Shown here: piece after piece, positions 42,565 through 49,440 of the stretch
Layout of the letters: each line of letters begins with the position of its first letter
Position numbering within the stretch: position 1 is the first letter of the stretch
From: a virus
DNA: 49,440 nt
IMG/VR virus record: IMGVR_UViG_3300009446_000003
Coordinates: 1-49,440 of that record
Reading direction: 5' to 3' (one strand)
Notes under the pieces: generated by a model
Databases searched by the model: none
The model's input: only the letters and a program-made list of their open reading frames with translations
What the model was told of the DNA's origin: nothing
Position numbers and translations under genes: made by a program

Positions 42565-44091
42565 ATGAAAAATTTATTAATTCTAAGCACTTTTTTGTTA
42601 TTGATTGTATCTACTTTTGGTTGTAGTGCATTTACAGAAATTATTAAAACTCAATTGCCAGAATGTACCATCAAGATTGGTGATGTTGTAGAAACTATTG
42701 ACGGTACAGAACAGGTAGTTACTAAGGTTCTTTTGGATTGCAAGGTTAAGACAAATATAAATAACATAATTAGTCCAAGTGAATATAGAATACTTGATAC
42801 AGATGTTTCTTTTGAATGTGGTATAAAAGAAGTTCCACAAAGTATAATTGATGTTGCACCTTCGGGTTATATCAACTTTGCTAATCAATATTTTGCACCA
42901 GATTTTATACACCAAATTTTCCTAAAAGAAGGAACAACTAGGAATCAAAAAAGATGGTTAACGGATTGTTCTGGAGCTTTTCAGAATTTTTGCAATTTTA
43001 GATATGAATTTGTTGAAGATGTGGGCGAAGCTACATCTTACATAGACATAGATAGAAAAAATACAGGTAGTTGGGCTTTTGTTGGAACAGACCAAACTTT
43101 AGTACTTAGTGGTGAAAAAAGACCTACTTTGCAATTGGAATATAGAGACTTTTTAGATGTGTTAATTGAAAACGATTACTATGTTGACACCAAAGAGGGG
43201 AAAATGCATATTTCTGAAATATTTGGCTTTGATCCATTTAAAACTATAAATATTGATGGATTCTCATGGCGTAATTCACAGGTTGAAAAATTTGCAAGAC
43301 TTGGTATAACTGAAGAAATGACATCTGTTACAAGAATGTTGTTAGTTACTTACCATGAGTTTTTACATGCTTACTTTGCGTCACTTCATCCGCATTTGCA
43401 TCCTAATTTATTTTTTGAATCGACATACCATGAGATTGTAAAGAAAAATTTCAACTCTATTGATGCTTGTATGATGATAGAAAAGAAAAAAGAATGTAGT
43501 GGTAAGGAATTGGATTTTACAGATAAGATAGACAAATACAGTTGTTTGTGGTATTACTTTCCAGAAGAAGCATTCGCAAGTAATCAAAAGGAATTTGCAA
43601 ATTTGTATAACTTTTTTATATCTAGCGGTGACTCTATGAATGCAGTTGAAAGATACCCTTTAAAACCCGTTAATGACTGTCCTAATGAATGTAGTACTTT
43701 TTTCGATATATCAAAAAAGTCAATAGACAATTATTTGTTTCAGTGCAAACAATCAGATAAGATACAATACAGGTTATTTAATTCAAAAGTAAAACCTGTT
43801 ACTAAATCCGATAAAGCACAACAGGCTGCGCACTTTTTTTATAAACTATCTTGTGAGCCTATGCTTGTAAAAGGAAATGATAATAAAGAAATAAACTTTG
43901 GTCCTTTGCCCCTAGAATATTTAAGGGAAATATACTTGGGGTTAGATCAAGAAATTGAAACTACTGAATCACTTATCTTATCTATCATTAATGCAGTTGA
44001 TAAAATTGGTATTTACAAGTCTGATGGTATAAAATTTACACCTGAGAAAGTTAAGCAGCATATTGCCTTCAAATCAAAATACTTCAACTAA
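42565..44091 (+). CDS. Putative lipoprotein with an HExxH zinc-metallopeptidase motif
   Basis: N-terminus MKNLLILSTFLLLIVSTFGC (lipobox-like). LLVTYHEFLHAYFASLHPHLHP contains HEFLH followed by more His residues. Confidence 0.5.
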   Translation: MKNLLILSTFLLLIVSTFGCSAFTEIIKTQLPECTIKIGDVVETIDGTEQVVTKVLLDCKVKTNINNIISPSEYRILDTDVSFECGIKEVPQSIIDVAPSGYINFANQYFAPDFIHQIFLKEGTTRNQKRWLTDCSGAFQNFCNFRYEFVEDVGEATSYIDIDRKNTGSWAFVGTDQTLVLSGEKRPTLQLEYRDFLDVLIENDYYVDTKEGKMHISEIFGFDPFKTINIDGFSWRNSQVEKFARLGITEEMTSVTRMLLVTYHEFLHAYFASLHPHLHPNLFFESTYHEIVKKNFNSIDACMMIEKKKECSGKELDFTDKIDKYSCLWYYFPEEAFASNQKEFANLYNFFISSGDSMNAVERYPLKPVNDCPNECSTFFDISKKSIDNYLFQCKQSDKIQYRLFNSKVKPVTKSDKAQQAAHFFYKLSCEPMLVKGNDNKEINFGPLPLEYLREIYLGLDQEIETTESLILSIINAVDKIGIYKSDGIKFTPEKVKQHIAFKSKYFN

Positions 44092-44285
44092 TGCCACAGA
44101 AATTTTATAATTTTTTTCATGGAAAATTAATTATTTTTATTGGATTTATTTCTGGTGGAACTTTCATGACAATAAATTGGGATAGTGTTGCGACTAATTG
44201 CGTAATTACAATATGTACTGTGACAATTGGATTGATAGGGCAATATATATCTAATAATTATATTAAAAGAAAAGAAGATGCTTGA
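44091..44285 (+). CDS. Holin-like small membrane protein (2 TM helices, charged C-terminus)
   Basis: 64 aa; TAATG overlap with the upstream gene; KLIIFIGFISGGTF and NCVITICTVTIGLIGQYI helices; C-terminal KRKEDA. Confidence 0.45.
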   Translation: MPQKFYNFFHGKLIIFIGFISGGTFMTINWDSVATNCVITICTVTIGLIGQYISNNYIKRKEDA

Positions 44286-44604
44286 TATTTACAAAGGTTT
44301 TGAGACTGCATTAACAATGTATGTAAATTATCCTTTTTTGGTAATAATGACATGTATAGGTATAGCAGTTACTATTTCGGGAATAAATAAATTTAAATTT
44401 GGTAGTATTAGAGTTATTAAATTTTGGTGGGTTGTTTTCTTTTCTGTTTTAGCATCTATTCCTATATGTGAAATGGAATGGTTTGGTGCAACTGGTGAAC
44501 AGCTTGCATTTACTATTATGGTTGGTTCAGCATCATTTGAAGGATTGTCTTTTCCAATAATGAAATTTTTGAAAATAGAAAAAAGATTTAGCTATGAAAA
44601 ATAA
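44278..44604 (+). CDS. Holin-like / membrane protein (3 TM helices)
   Basis: 108 aa; 8-nt overlap with the upstream gene; three hydrophobic helices. Confidence 0.45.
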   Translation: MLDIYKGFETALTMYVNYPFLVIMTCIGIAVTISGINKFKFGSIRVIKFWWVVFFSVLASIPICEMEWFGATGEQLAFTIMVGSASFEGLSFPIMKFLKIEKRFSYEK

Positions 44605-45673
44605 ATATTTATTTATTTATATTTTGATTGCACTGACTAACTGTAATTTTGCATTTAGTCAGTGCGAAACTGAGCAAGTAGATAATACTGGTTCAGTCTG
44701 CATAATTCCAGTTTGTGATATTGAAAAGTATTTTGATATTTCAGGATTGGAAAATAATACACAGGTAGAACTGGAAAATGGAACGCTTTATATATTGACC
44801 TCTATAAATGCGGAAGAAATAAAGGCATTGCGTGAATCTTGTTGCTACCCTTGTTGTAACATACAGATACCAGAACATCCGACAGCAATTAGTATTGATA
44901 ACTTCGATGATATTGTATTTCCAGAACATCCAGAGATACCAGAACATCCGACAACGATTAGTATTGACAACTTCGATGATATTGTATTTCCAGAACATCC
45001 AGAGATACCAGAACATCCGACAGCAATTAGTATTGACAACTTCGATGATATTGTATTTCCAGAACATCCAGAGATACCAGAACATCCGACAGCAATTAGT
45101 ATTGACAACTTCGATGATATTGTATTTCCAGAACATCCAACAGAATTTGGCATAAATTCTAGTTGTGATAATCCAGTTTTTACAGTTGGTTGCAATGACG
45201 AAAAAGTAATATCAATACTGGAAGCAATGACGAAATGGCTTAGTATTATTTCGGCAGAACAAAAAGAACAAATTATTCTTTTGCAATTTCAGTTAGATAG
45301 TTGTTGTAATAAAATTTCAACTGAGAATACGACTATAGGAAATAATTTATTTTTTGGATTCGTGGATAATGCTGGAAATATTATAAATGGAAGTAATAAT
45401 TTTTCAATTGTAAAAGTATCAACTGGTTTTTTTCGTGTTATTTTCAATTCTCCATGTCCATCTAATCGGTATGCGGTAACTACTGGTGTTACTGAAGATT
45501 TTACAAATAGAGATGTTGTTAAAATATCCGTAGTAGAAGGATCAAGAACGGCAATTAGTTTTGATCTTATGTTAACTACAGATGATAATGGACAAAATGC
45601 AGATGTTTTAACAGATGCAGATTTTAGTTTTTCAGTTATAAAAGAAAAGACAATAACTACTATAAAAAACTAA
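44594..45673 (+). CDS. Secreted protein with four 23-aa IPEHPTAISIDNFDDIVFPEHPE repeats
   Basis: Signal peptide MKNKYLFIYILIALTNCNFAFS|Q; 69-bp tandem repeats. Confidence 0.6.
   Translation: MKNKYLFIYILIALTNCNFAFSQCETEQVDNTGSVCIIPVCDIEKYFDISGLENNTQVELENGTLYILTSINAEEIKALRESCCYPCCNIQIPEHPTAISIDNFDDIVFPEHPEIPEHPTTISIDNFDDIVFPEHPEIPEHPTAISIDNFDDIVFPEHPEIPEHPTAISIDNFDDIVFPEHPTEFGINSSCDNPVFTVGCNDEKVISILEAMTKWLSIISAEQKEQIILLQFQLDSCCNKISTENTTIGNNLFFGFVDNAGNIINGSNNFSIVKVSTGFFRVIFNSPCPSNRYAVTTGVTEDFTNRDVVKISVVEGSRTAISFDLMLTTDDNGQNADVLTDADFSFSVIKEKTITTIKN
44867..45142 (+). repeat. 69-bp in-frame tandem repeat, 4 copies
   Basis: ATACCAGAACATCCGACA... recurs at 44867, 44936, 45005 and 45074. Confidence 0.9.
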
Positions 45674-45697
45674 CTTCATCTAGCTTTAATTAATTTT

Positions 45698-45731
45698 AGA
45701 CACGCACTACATGTATTTGTTTTGCGTGTCT
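45698..45731 (+). terminator. Hairpin terminator AGACACGCA-N16-TGCGTGTCT
   Basis: 9-bp perfect stem 25 nt after the stop codon, followed by ATTTAT. Confidence 0.55.
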
Positions 45732-45753
45732 ATTTATATAAAAACGATATAAT

Positions 45754-46638
45754 ATGAGATATTTATTTATTTGTTTGTTTATTTGTTTGCTTTGCAATGT
45801 TAATGCACAAACAAATATTGATAGTATTTGCATAAAAATGATTGCAACTCCATTGAATCCAATTAGTGTTGAGCTTGGTAACTTAGCTTTTCATGATGCT
45901 GGTCTTACTCCTTTGGGCAATACATCTTGTGCAAGTTGCCACAATACATATAATGCTCATTTGGCGGTTGATGGCTTCCAAATAGGCATAGGTGGTGGGG
46001 TTTCTGGTGGTCGTAGAATTGATTTGCAATACTTTCCTGAACAAGTACAAAAAGATATTGTAAAAATGATAAATAATTCAAGATTTACACCGACTTCTTT
46101 AGTTCACTCGAAAACAGAAAGAGTAGGTATAAATGGTGCTATGACACCAATGACACAGGCTAGTTTGGAATTTGGTTTTACTGCACACACTTATGTTGTT
46201 GAAAATTGCCACAATAACGAAGTTTATGAGCATTACTTAAAATTACTTACAGGACGTACTAAAATGAAGGAATCAGACCTATCTAATAGCATAGTAGACT
46301 ATGAGATGGATGATGCTATAAGATGGCTTTTAAGCACTGATTATGGTCAATATCTAATCGGTCAATACAAACTTTCAAAACAGGAGATCAAGGCAAAGCA
46401 AATTTTTGAAAAAGATTGTGCAAGTGGTTGTCACGGTACGGGCACTTTTAAAGGTGATACACCGATTGATTCAATACAACCTACTTCAATCATTGGTTCT
46501 TGGGATAAAAAGCTTAAAGGTCGTGATATGGAATACAAGACTAATAGCGGATTTTTGAAAGATCATTGCAAAAAAATAGGAATCGAATACAAAAAAGATG
46601 TTTTGAAATTCATAAAATTACTATCTGTAGAAAACTGA
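45754..46638 (+). CDS. Secreted di-haem cytochrome c peroxidase / MauG-family-like protein
   Basis: Signal peptide MRYLFICLFICLLCNVNA|Q. LGNLAFHDAGLTPLGNTSCASCHN matches the CCP N-terminal haem motif (lG..LFfD..LS.....sCasCH). The second site DCASGCHG is CxxxCH rather than CxxCH. Confidence 0.65.
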   Translation: MRYLFICLFICLLCNVNAQTNIDSICIKMIATPLNPISVELGNLAFHDAGLTPLGNTSCASCHNTYNAHLAVDGFQIGIGGGVSGGRRIDLQYFPEQVQKDIVKMINNSRFTPTSLVHSKTERVGINGAMTPMTQASLEFGFTAHTYVVENCHNNEVYEHYLKLLTGRTKMKESDLSNSIVDYEMDDAIRWLLSTDYGQYLIGQYKLSKQEIKAKQIFEKDCASGCHGTGTFKGDTPIDSIQPTSIIGSWDKKLKGRDMEYKTNSGFLKDHCKKIGIEYKKDVLKFIKLLSVEN

Positions 46639-46811
46639 AATTTAATGTATTTATTCCTAAAACATTGAATTTTCAAATATCGAGTTTTTATCCTGGTAAT
46701 CAGATCCACAGAAACTAACGTAATTCAGAGACAATCAATTTATTATGATTTTGTTTTTTTCAAAAATCGAAAAGTATTTGTAAAAATCGAAAAAAAATAT
46801 TTTCAATTTGA

Positions 46812-46867
46812 TTGCATTTATACCTTAAATGCAAAACCGTTAACATTCTATTGTTGACGGTTTTTTT
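46812..46867 (+). terminator. Two adjacent hairpins (46812-46834; 46835-46862), the second followed by a T7 run
   Basis: TTGCATTTA-N5-TAAATGCAA, then AACCGTTAACA-N6-TGTTGACGGTT plus TTTTTTT. They lie about 200 nt after the nearest upstream stop codon. Confidence 0.6.
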
Positions 46868-46880
46868 ATTTCCAAATTGT

Positions 46881-46979
46881 AAAATAAACAAACAAATATT
46901 TGTTTGTTTGCAAAATTTAGATTATCTTTGTTATACATTAGCGGAACAACCGCATAACCTTTAAAAACTTTATATCAAT
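46881..46979 (+). promoter_or_regulatory. P cassette copy 10: 24-bp AAAC palindrome, TTTG(46899-46902)-N20-TATCTTTG(46923-46930), leader hairpin GCGG-AACAA-CCGC (46941-46953)
   Basis: Exact -33/-7 geometry; ATG at 46980. Confidence 0.7.
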
Positions 46980-47393
46980 ATGGAAAGTAAGCAGAATGAA
47001 ATACAAAATTTAAGAATTGAACACTTTGAGTCGGTAATAAGTGATACGCATTTGCAAATAGATACAAACATGAGAATTGCTAAGTCTTTAGAATCTAGTG
47101 AATTAGTTGATTTGGAAACTTGGAAATTGGACTGTTTTAAATATAAGATTAAGTGCCTATATGATGTTCGGTCATATGTTTGTTTAGGAGAAAAAGGCGT
47201 TTTTAGTGATTATAGAGATTTGTGTATCCGTTTGATATGTGACGATCTACAAGGTTATGAAATTCAGGTAATCAGAGATGTTTTGGGATTGATTAGAAAG
47301 GTTCATCGTATTATTGGTAAAAATAATAATGGATTAATATATAGTAAAATATCTGATAAAAAAGTACACTTAATATTGCACTTAAATTCTTAA
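46980..47393 (+). CDS. Hypothetical protein (P-cassette driven)
   Basis: 137-aa ORF directly after ...TTTATATCAAT-ATG. Confidence 0.55.
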   Translation: MESKQNEIQNLRIEHFESVISDTHLQIDTNMRIAKSLESSELVDLETWKLDCFKYKIKCLYDVRSYVCLGEKGVFSDYRDLCIRLICDDLQGYEIQVIRDVLGLIRKVHRIIGKNNNGLIYSKISDKKVHLILHLNS

Positions 47394-47399
47394 ATTTAT

Positions 47400-47497
47400 C
47401 AAAAACACAAACAAACAAATATTTGTTTGTTTGTAAAATTTAGATTATCTTTGTTGTACATCAGCGATTAGTCGCACAAAATTTTAAACCTTATATA
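47400..47497 (+). promoter_or_regulatory. P cassette copy 11: palindrome 47408-47431, TTTG(47421-47424)-N20-TATCTTTG(47445-47452), hairpin GCGA-TTAG-TCGC (47463-47474); drives the rep operon
   Basis: Same family; followed by 47498..47902 and rep. Confidence 0.7.
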
Positions 47498-47902
47498 ATG
47501 AAAAAAAATATTTTTATACAAAAAGTAATTTCAAGAATTAAAAGGCTATCTTTCTTTATTGACTATGATACCGATTCTGGAATACTTTTTCATGCAATGA
47601 TGTATTTTGGATTTGGAATTGAAGGACCAACAAATTTTAGATTTGTTAGAGATAGGTTTACTGATATTACAATAAGACTTGAGGTTAAGGAGAAAAAAAG
47701 AAAGATACAATCTTGTAAACTGGTAATTGAAAGTAACACGCTCTCAATTAAATCTTTAAATGGTTATTATAGGATTTTGAATAATTATCAAAAAAAATTT
47801 GATGGTAAAAAGTTTAATTATCATTTAGTCAAGCCAAGTTCACTTTTCAATCGCATGGAAATTTCCGATATTCGGGAATGGAAAATAAATAAACAAACAT
47901 AA
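47498..47902 (+). CDS. Hypothetical protein, translationally adjacent to rep (TAA then ATG)
   Basis: 134-aa ORF, first gene of the rep operon. Confidence 0.5.
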   Translation: MKKNIFIQKVISRIKRLSFFIDYDTDSGILFHAMMYFGFGIEGPTNFRFVRDRFTDITIRLEVKEKKRKIQSCKLVIESNTLSIKSLNGYYRILNNYQKKFDGKKFNYHLVKPSSLFNRMEISDIREWKINKQT

Positions 47903-49234
47903 ATGGCAAAAACACAACAGGAACAAGATAGATTAATTGCAATTTCAAATGACTTGGTACTATCTTGCTACAGCTTTAATTTATGGGAATTTCGCTTGTT
48001 CTTCCTTGCAATACAGGATGTAAAAAGGAGCGACAAAGTATTTAGACCCTTTAAGTTTTATGCAAAAATCGTCAAGCAGTTCTTTAAGAATAAATCAAAC
48101 GGAGCTTATAAGAAAATAGTAGATGCATGTAGCTCATTACAAAAAAAGCAACTAGTAGTAAATTATAATGATTCCGATGGAGATGAAAGGCAAAAAACGA
48201 TAAATATATTTTCTTTAACAGATAAGCCTAGAAATGAAAATTCAACAAACAAATATTTGTTTTTAAAATTCAATGATGATGTCATGCCTTATCTTCTTAA
48301 CTTGATAGCGAATTATACATTGTTTGACATAAGAAATATTTTAAATTTGAGGTGTTCTGCTTCATTTCGATTGTATCAAATTTTCAAAATGAAAGAATGT
48401 AATTTCAAAGATGAAATCACATTTGATCTACCTGTTGATTTTCTCAGAAAAATGATGATTGTTGATTCAGAAGGTGAACCAGTTGATAAATATTCTAGGT
48501 ATAGTGATTTTAAGAATTTTGCACTTACCAATCCATATAAGCAGATAAATCAGAATACCGATGTTAAATTTAAGTTTGTGGAACTAAAAAAAGGCAAGAC
48601 AATTGATAAGATTAGATTTACAATATACAAAAATATTCCTTTGAAATTAACTGTCAATCAATCAATCAAAGAATCAAAGAGCTATCAATTACTTTTAAAA
48701 AATGGTGTTACTGAATCCATGTGCTTAGATATTTGCAAGAATCAAGAAGATAAGTTTATAATTTTTACTTTAAATAAATGCATTGAGGATCATATGCGCA
48801 AATCAAAAAATAATCTAGCTGGTTACATAGTTAGCTCTATAAAAAACGGTTTGTATATAGTTGAATACAAAAATAGATTGTCTAAAATTGAAGCTTCAAA
48901 AGTTAAGAAATTGAAGCTTCAGGAATTGATGGTGCAAGATTCCGAAATACAAAAATATTTAGCTTCATTTAAAAATCTATTAAAAAGCACTATATCTATT
49001 ACTAAAGAAAATTTATCCAATCAAGAAATAGAGAATTACCTATCTACTTGTAAGAGAAAATATCCTTTACAGACTTGCAAAACCGATCCTGAAATTATGC
49101 AAAGTATATTTTTTGACTTTGTAGTACAGGAAAATATTAAAGAATTTTCAACATTTGAAATTTGGATGAAGCATACGCATAACCTAGAGGTTTTAAAATG
49201 TAACGACACTAATTTGTATTTGTATAAAAAATAA
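47903..49234 (+). CDS. Plasmid-type replication initiator (Rep_3/RepB-like)
   Basis: N-terminus ...IAISNDLVLSCYSFNLWEFRLFFLAIQDV... matches the Rep_3 pattern (sN.Li.a.y.Lsl.E.rl.l.li). The iteron array starts 94 nt downstream. Confidence 0.7.
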   Translation: MAKTQQEQDRLIAISNDLVLSCYSFNLWEFRLFFLAIQDVKRSDKVFRPFKFYAKIVKQFFKNKSNGAYKKIVDACSSLQKKQLVVNYNDSDGDERQKTINIFSLTDKPRNENSTNKYLFLKFNDDVMPYLLNLIANYTLFDIRNILNLRCSASFRLYQIFKMKECNFKDEITFDLPVDFLRKMMIVDSEGEPVDKYSRYSDFKNFALTNPYKQINQNTDVKFKFVELKKGKTIDKIRFTIYKNIPLKLTVNQSIKESKSYQLLLKNGVTESMCLDICKNQEDKFIIFTLNKCIEDHMRKSKNNLAGYIVSSIKNGLYIVEYKNRLSKIEASKVKKLKLQELMVQDSEIQKYLASFKNLLKSTISITKENLSNQEIENYLSTCKRKYPLQTCKTDPEIMQSIFFDFVVQENIKEFSTFEIWMKHTHNLEVLKCNDTNLYLYKK

Positions 49235-49327
49235 TCATCATTTTCATTATTGTTGATTATTACATCATTATTACAAATATTATTACGTGCCTATAATAAA
49301 ATGATAATCAAATGATTGTATCTTTTT

Positions 49328-49440
49328 AAACGGGTAAAGAGGGATGTTTAAACGGGTAAAGAGGGATGTTTAAACGGGTAAAGAGGGATGTTTAAACGGG
49401 TAAAGAGGGATGTTTAAACGGGTAAAGAGGGATGTTTAAA
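49328..49440 (+). repeat. Iteron array (five 22-bp copies plus a 3-nt partial); the same physical array as 11-142 on the circular map
   Basis: AAACGGGTAAAGAGGGATGTTT at 49328, 49350, 49372, 49394 and 49416. Confidence 0.9.

Noticed and set aside
44741-45195. ORFs 44741..45136 (-), 44832..45155 (+) and 44845..45195 (-) over the 69-bp repeats
   Set aside because: Repeat-generated frames. The main frame is continuous with a signal peptide and a non-repetitive C-terminal domain.
44594-45673. Type IX secretion C-terminal sorting domains on the secreted proteins
   Set aside because: I did not see the usual CTD-like terminal beta-sandwich signature in any of the C-termini, and it cannot be supported by eye.
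46705-46720. DnaA-box-like sequence AGATCCACA, and the GTCCACA cores of the R modules, as DnaA boxes
   Set aside because: These are only 6-7 of 9 matches to TTATCCACA/TTWTNCACA, which is too weak to call without statistics or binding data.

Overview
AT-rich window of 49,440 bp (unique length 49,317 bp). Bases 1-123 are identical to 49318-49440, so this is one complete circular or terminally redundant replicon. It reads as a tailed-phage genome. Recognisable phage genes are a large terminase, a candidate portal, a Mu-F-like head protein, a tail chaperone pair with a -1 frameshift site, a 911-aa tape measure, and scaffold and capsid candidates. The same replicon carries a plasmid-type replication module: a Rep_3-like initiator followed directly by six 22-bp iterons, plus a ParB-like protein. 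No integrase was recognised, so a phage-plasmid lifestyle is my working hypothesis. Expression signals look Bacteroidota-like: TTTG-N19/20-TAnnTTTG promoters, no Shine-Dalgarno sequences, A-rich (AAAC)n leaders, and signal peptides ending NA|Q. The early/replication block (0.2-12.2 kb) encodes an ERF-type annealing protein, an SF2 helicase, a stand-alone Top6A/Spo11-like protein, a ParB-like protein, a reverse-oriented PD-(D/E)XK-like nuclease and a histone-H1-like K/T/A-repeat protein. Four features stand out. (1) An accessory island at 12.3-19.7 kb, plus the rep operon, is built from insulated small-gene units. Each unit is driven by one of 11 near-identical ~95-bp promoter/operator/leader cassettes. 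Seven reverse-facing paralogous promoter-like modules, strong hairpin terminators, a 50-bp perfect palindrome and ~150-bp inverted repeats accompany them. The island encodes Lar-like, DUF2786-like and DUF3560-like proteins. (2) An 8.6-kb cluster (38.0-46.6 kb) encodes signal-peptide-bearing, extremely Cys-rich proteins. They include a vWA protein with 108-bp tandem CNYD...CDDGSC modules, a DUF11-like protein, an HExxH lipoprotein, a PEHP-repeat protein and a di-haem cytochrome c peroxidase/MauG-like protein. Two holin-like membrane proteins sit inside the cluster. (3) A histone-H1-like K/T/A repeat is shared by three unrelated proteins. (4) A degenerate tRNA-like element lies next to a repeat-flanked zinc-ribbon gene. 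All functional calls come from reading motifs by eye. No database search was run.
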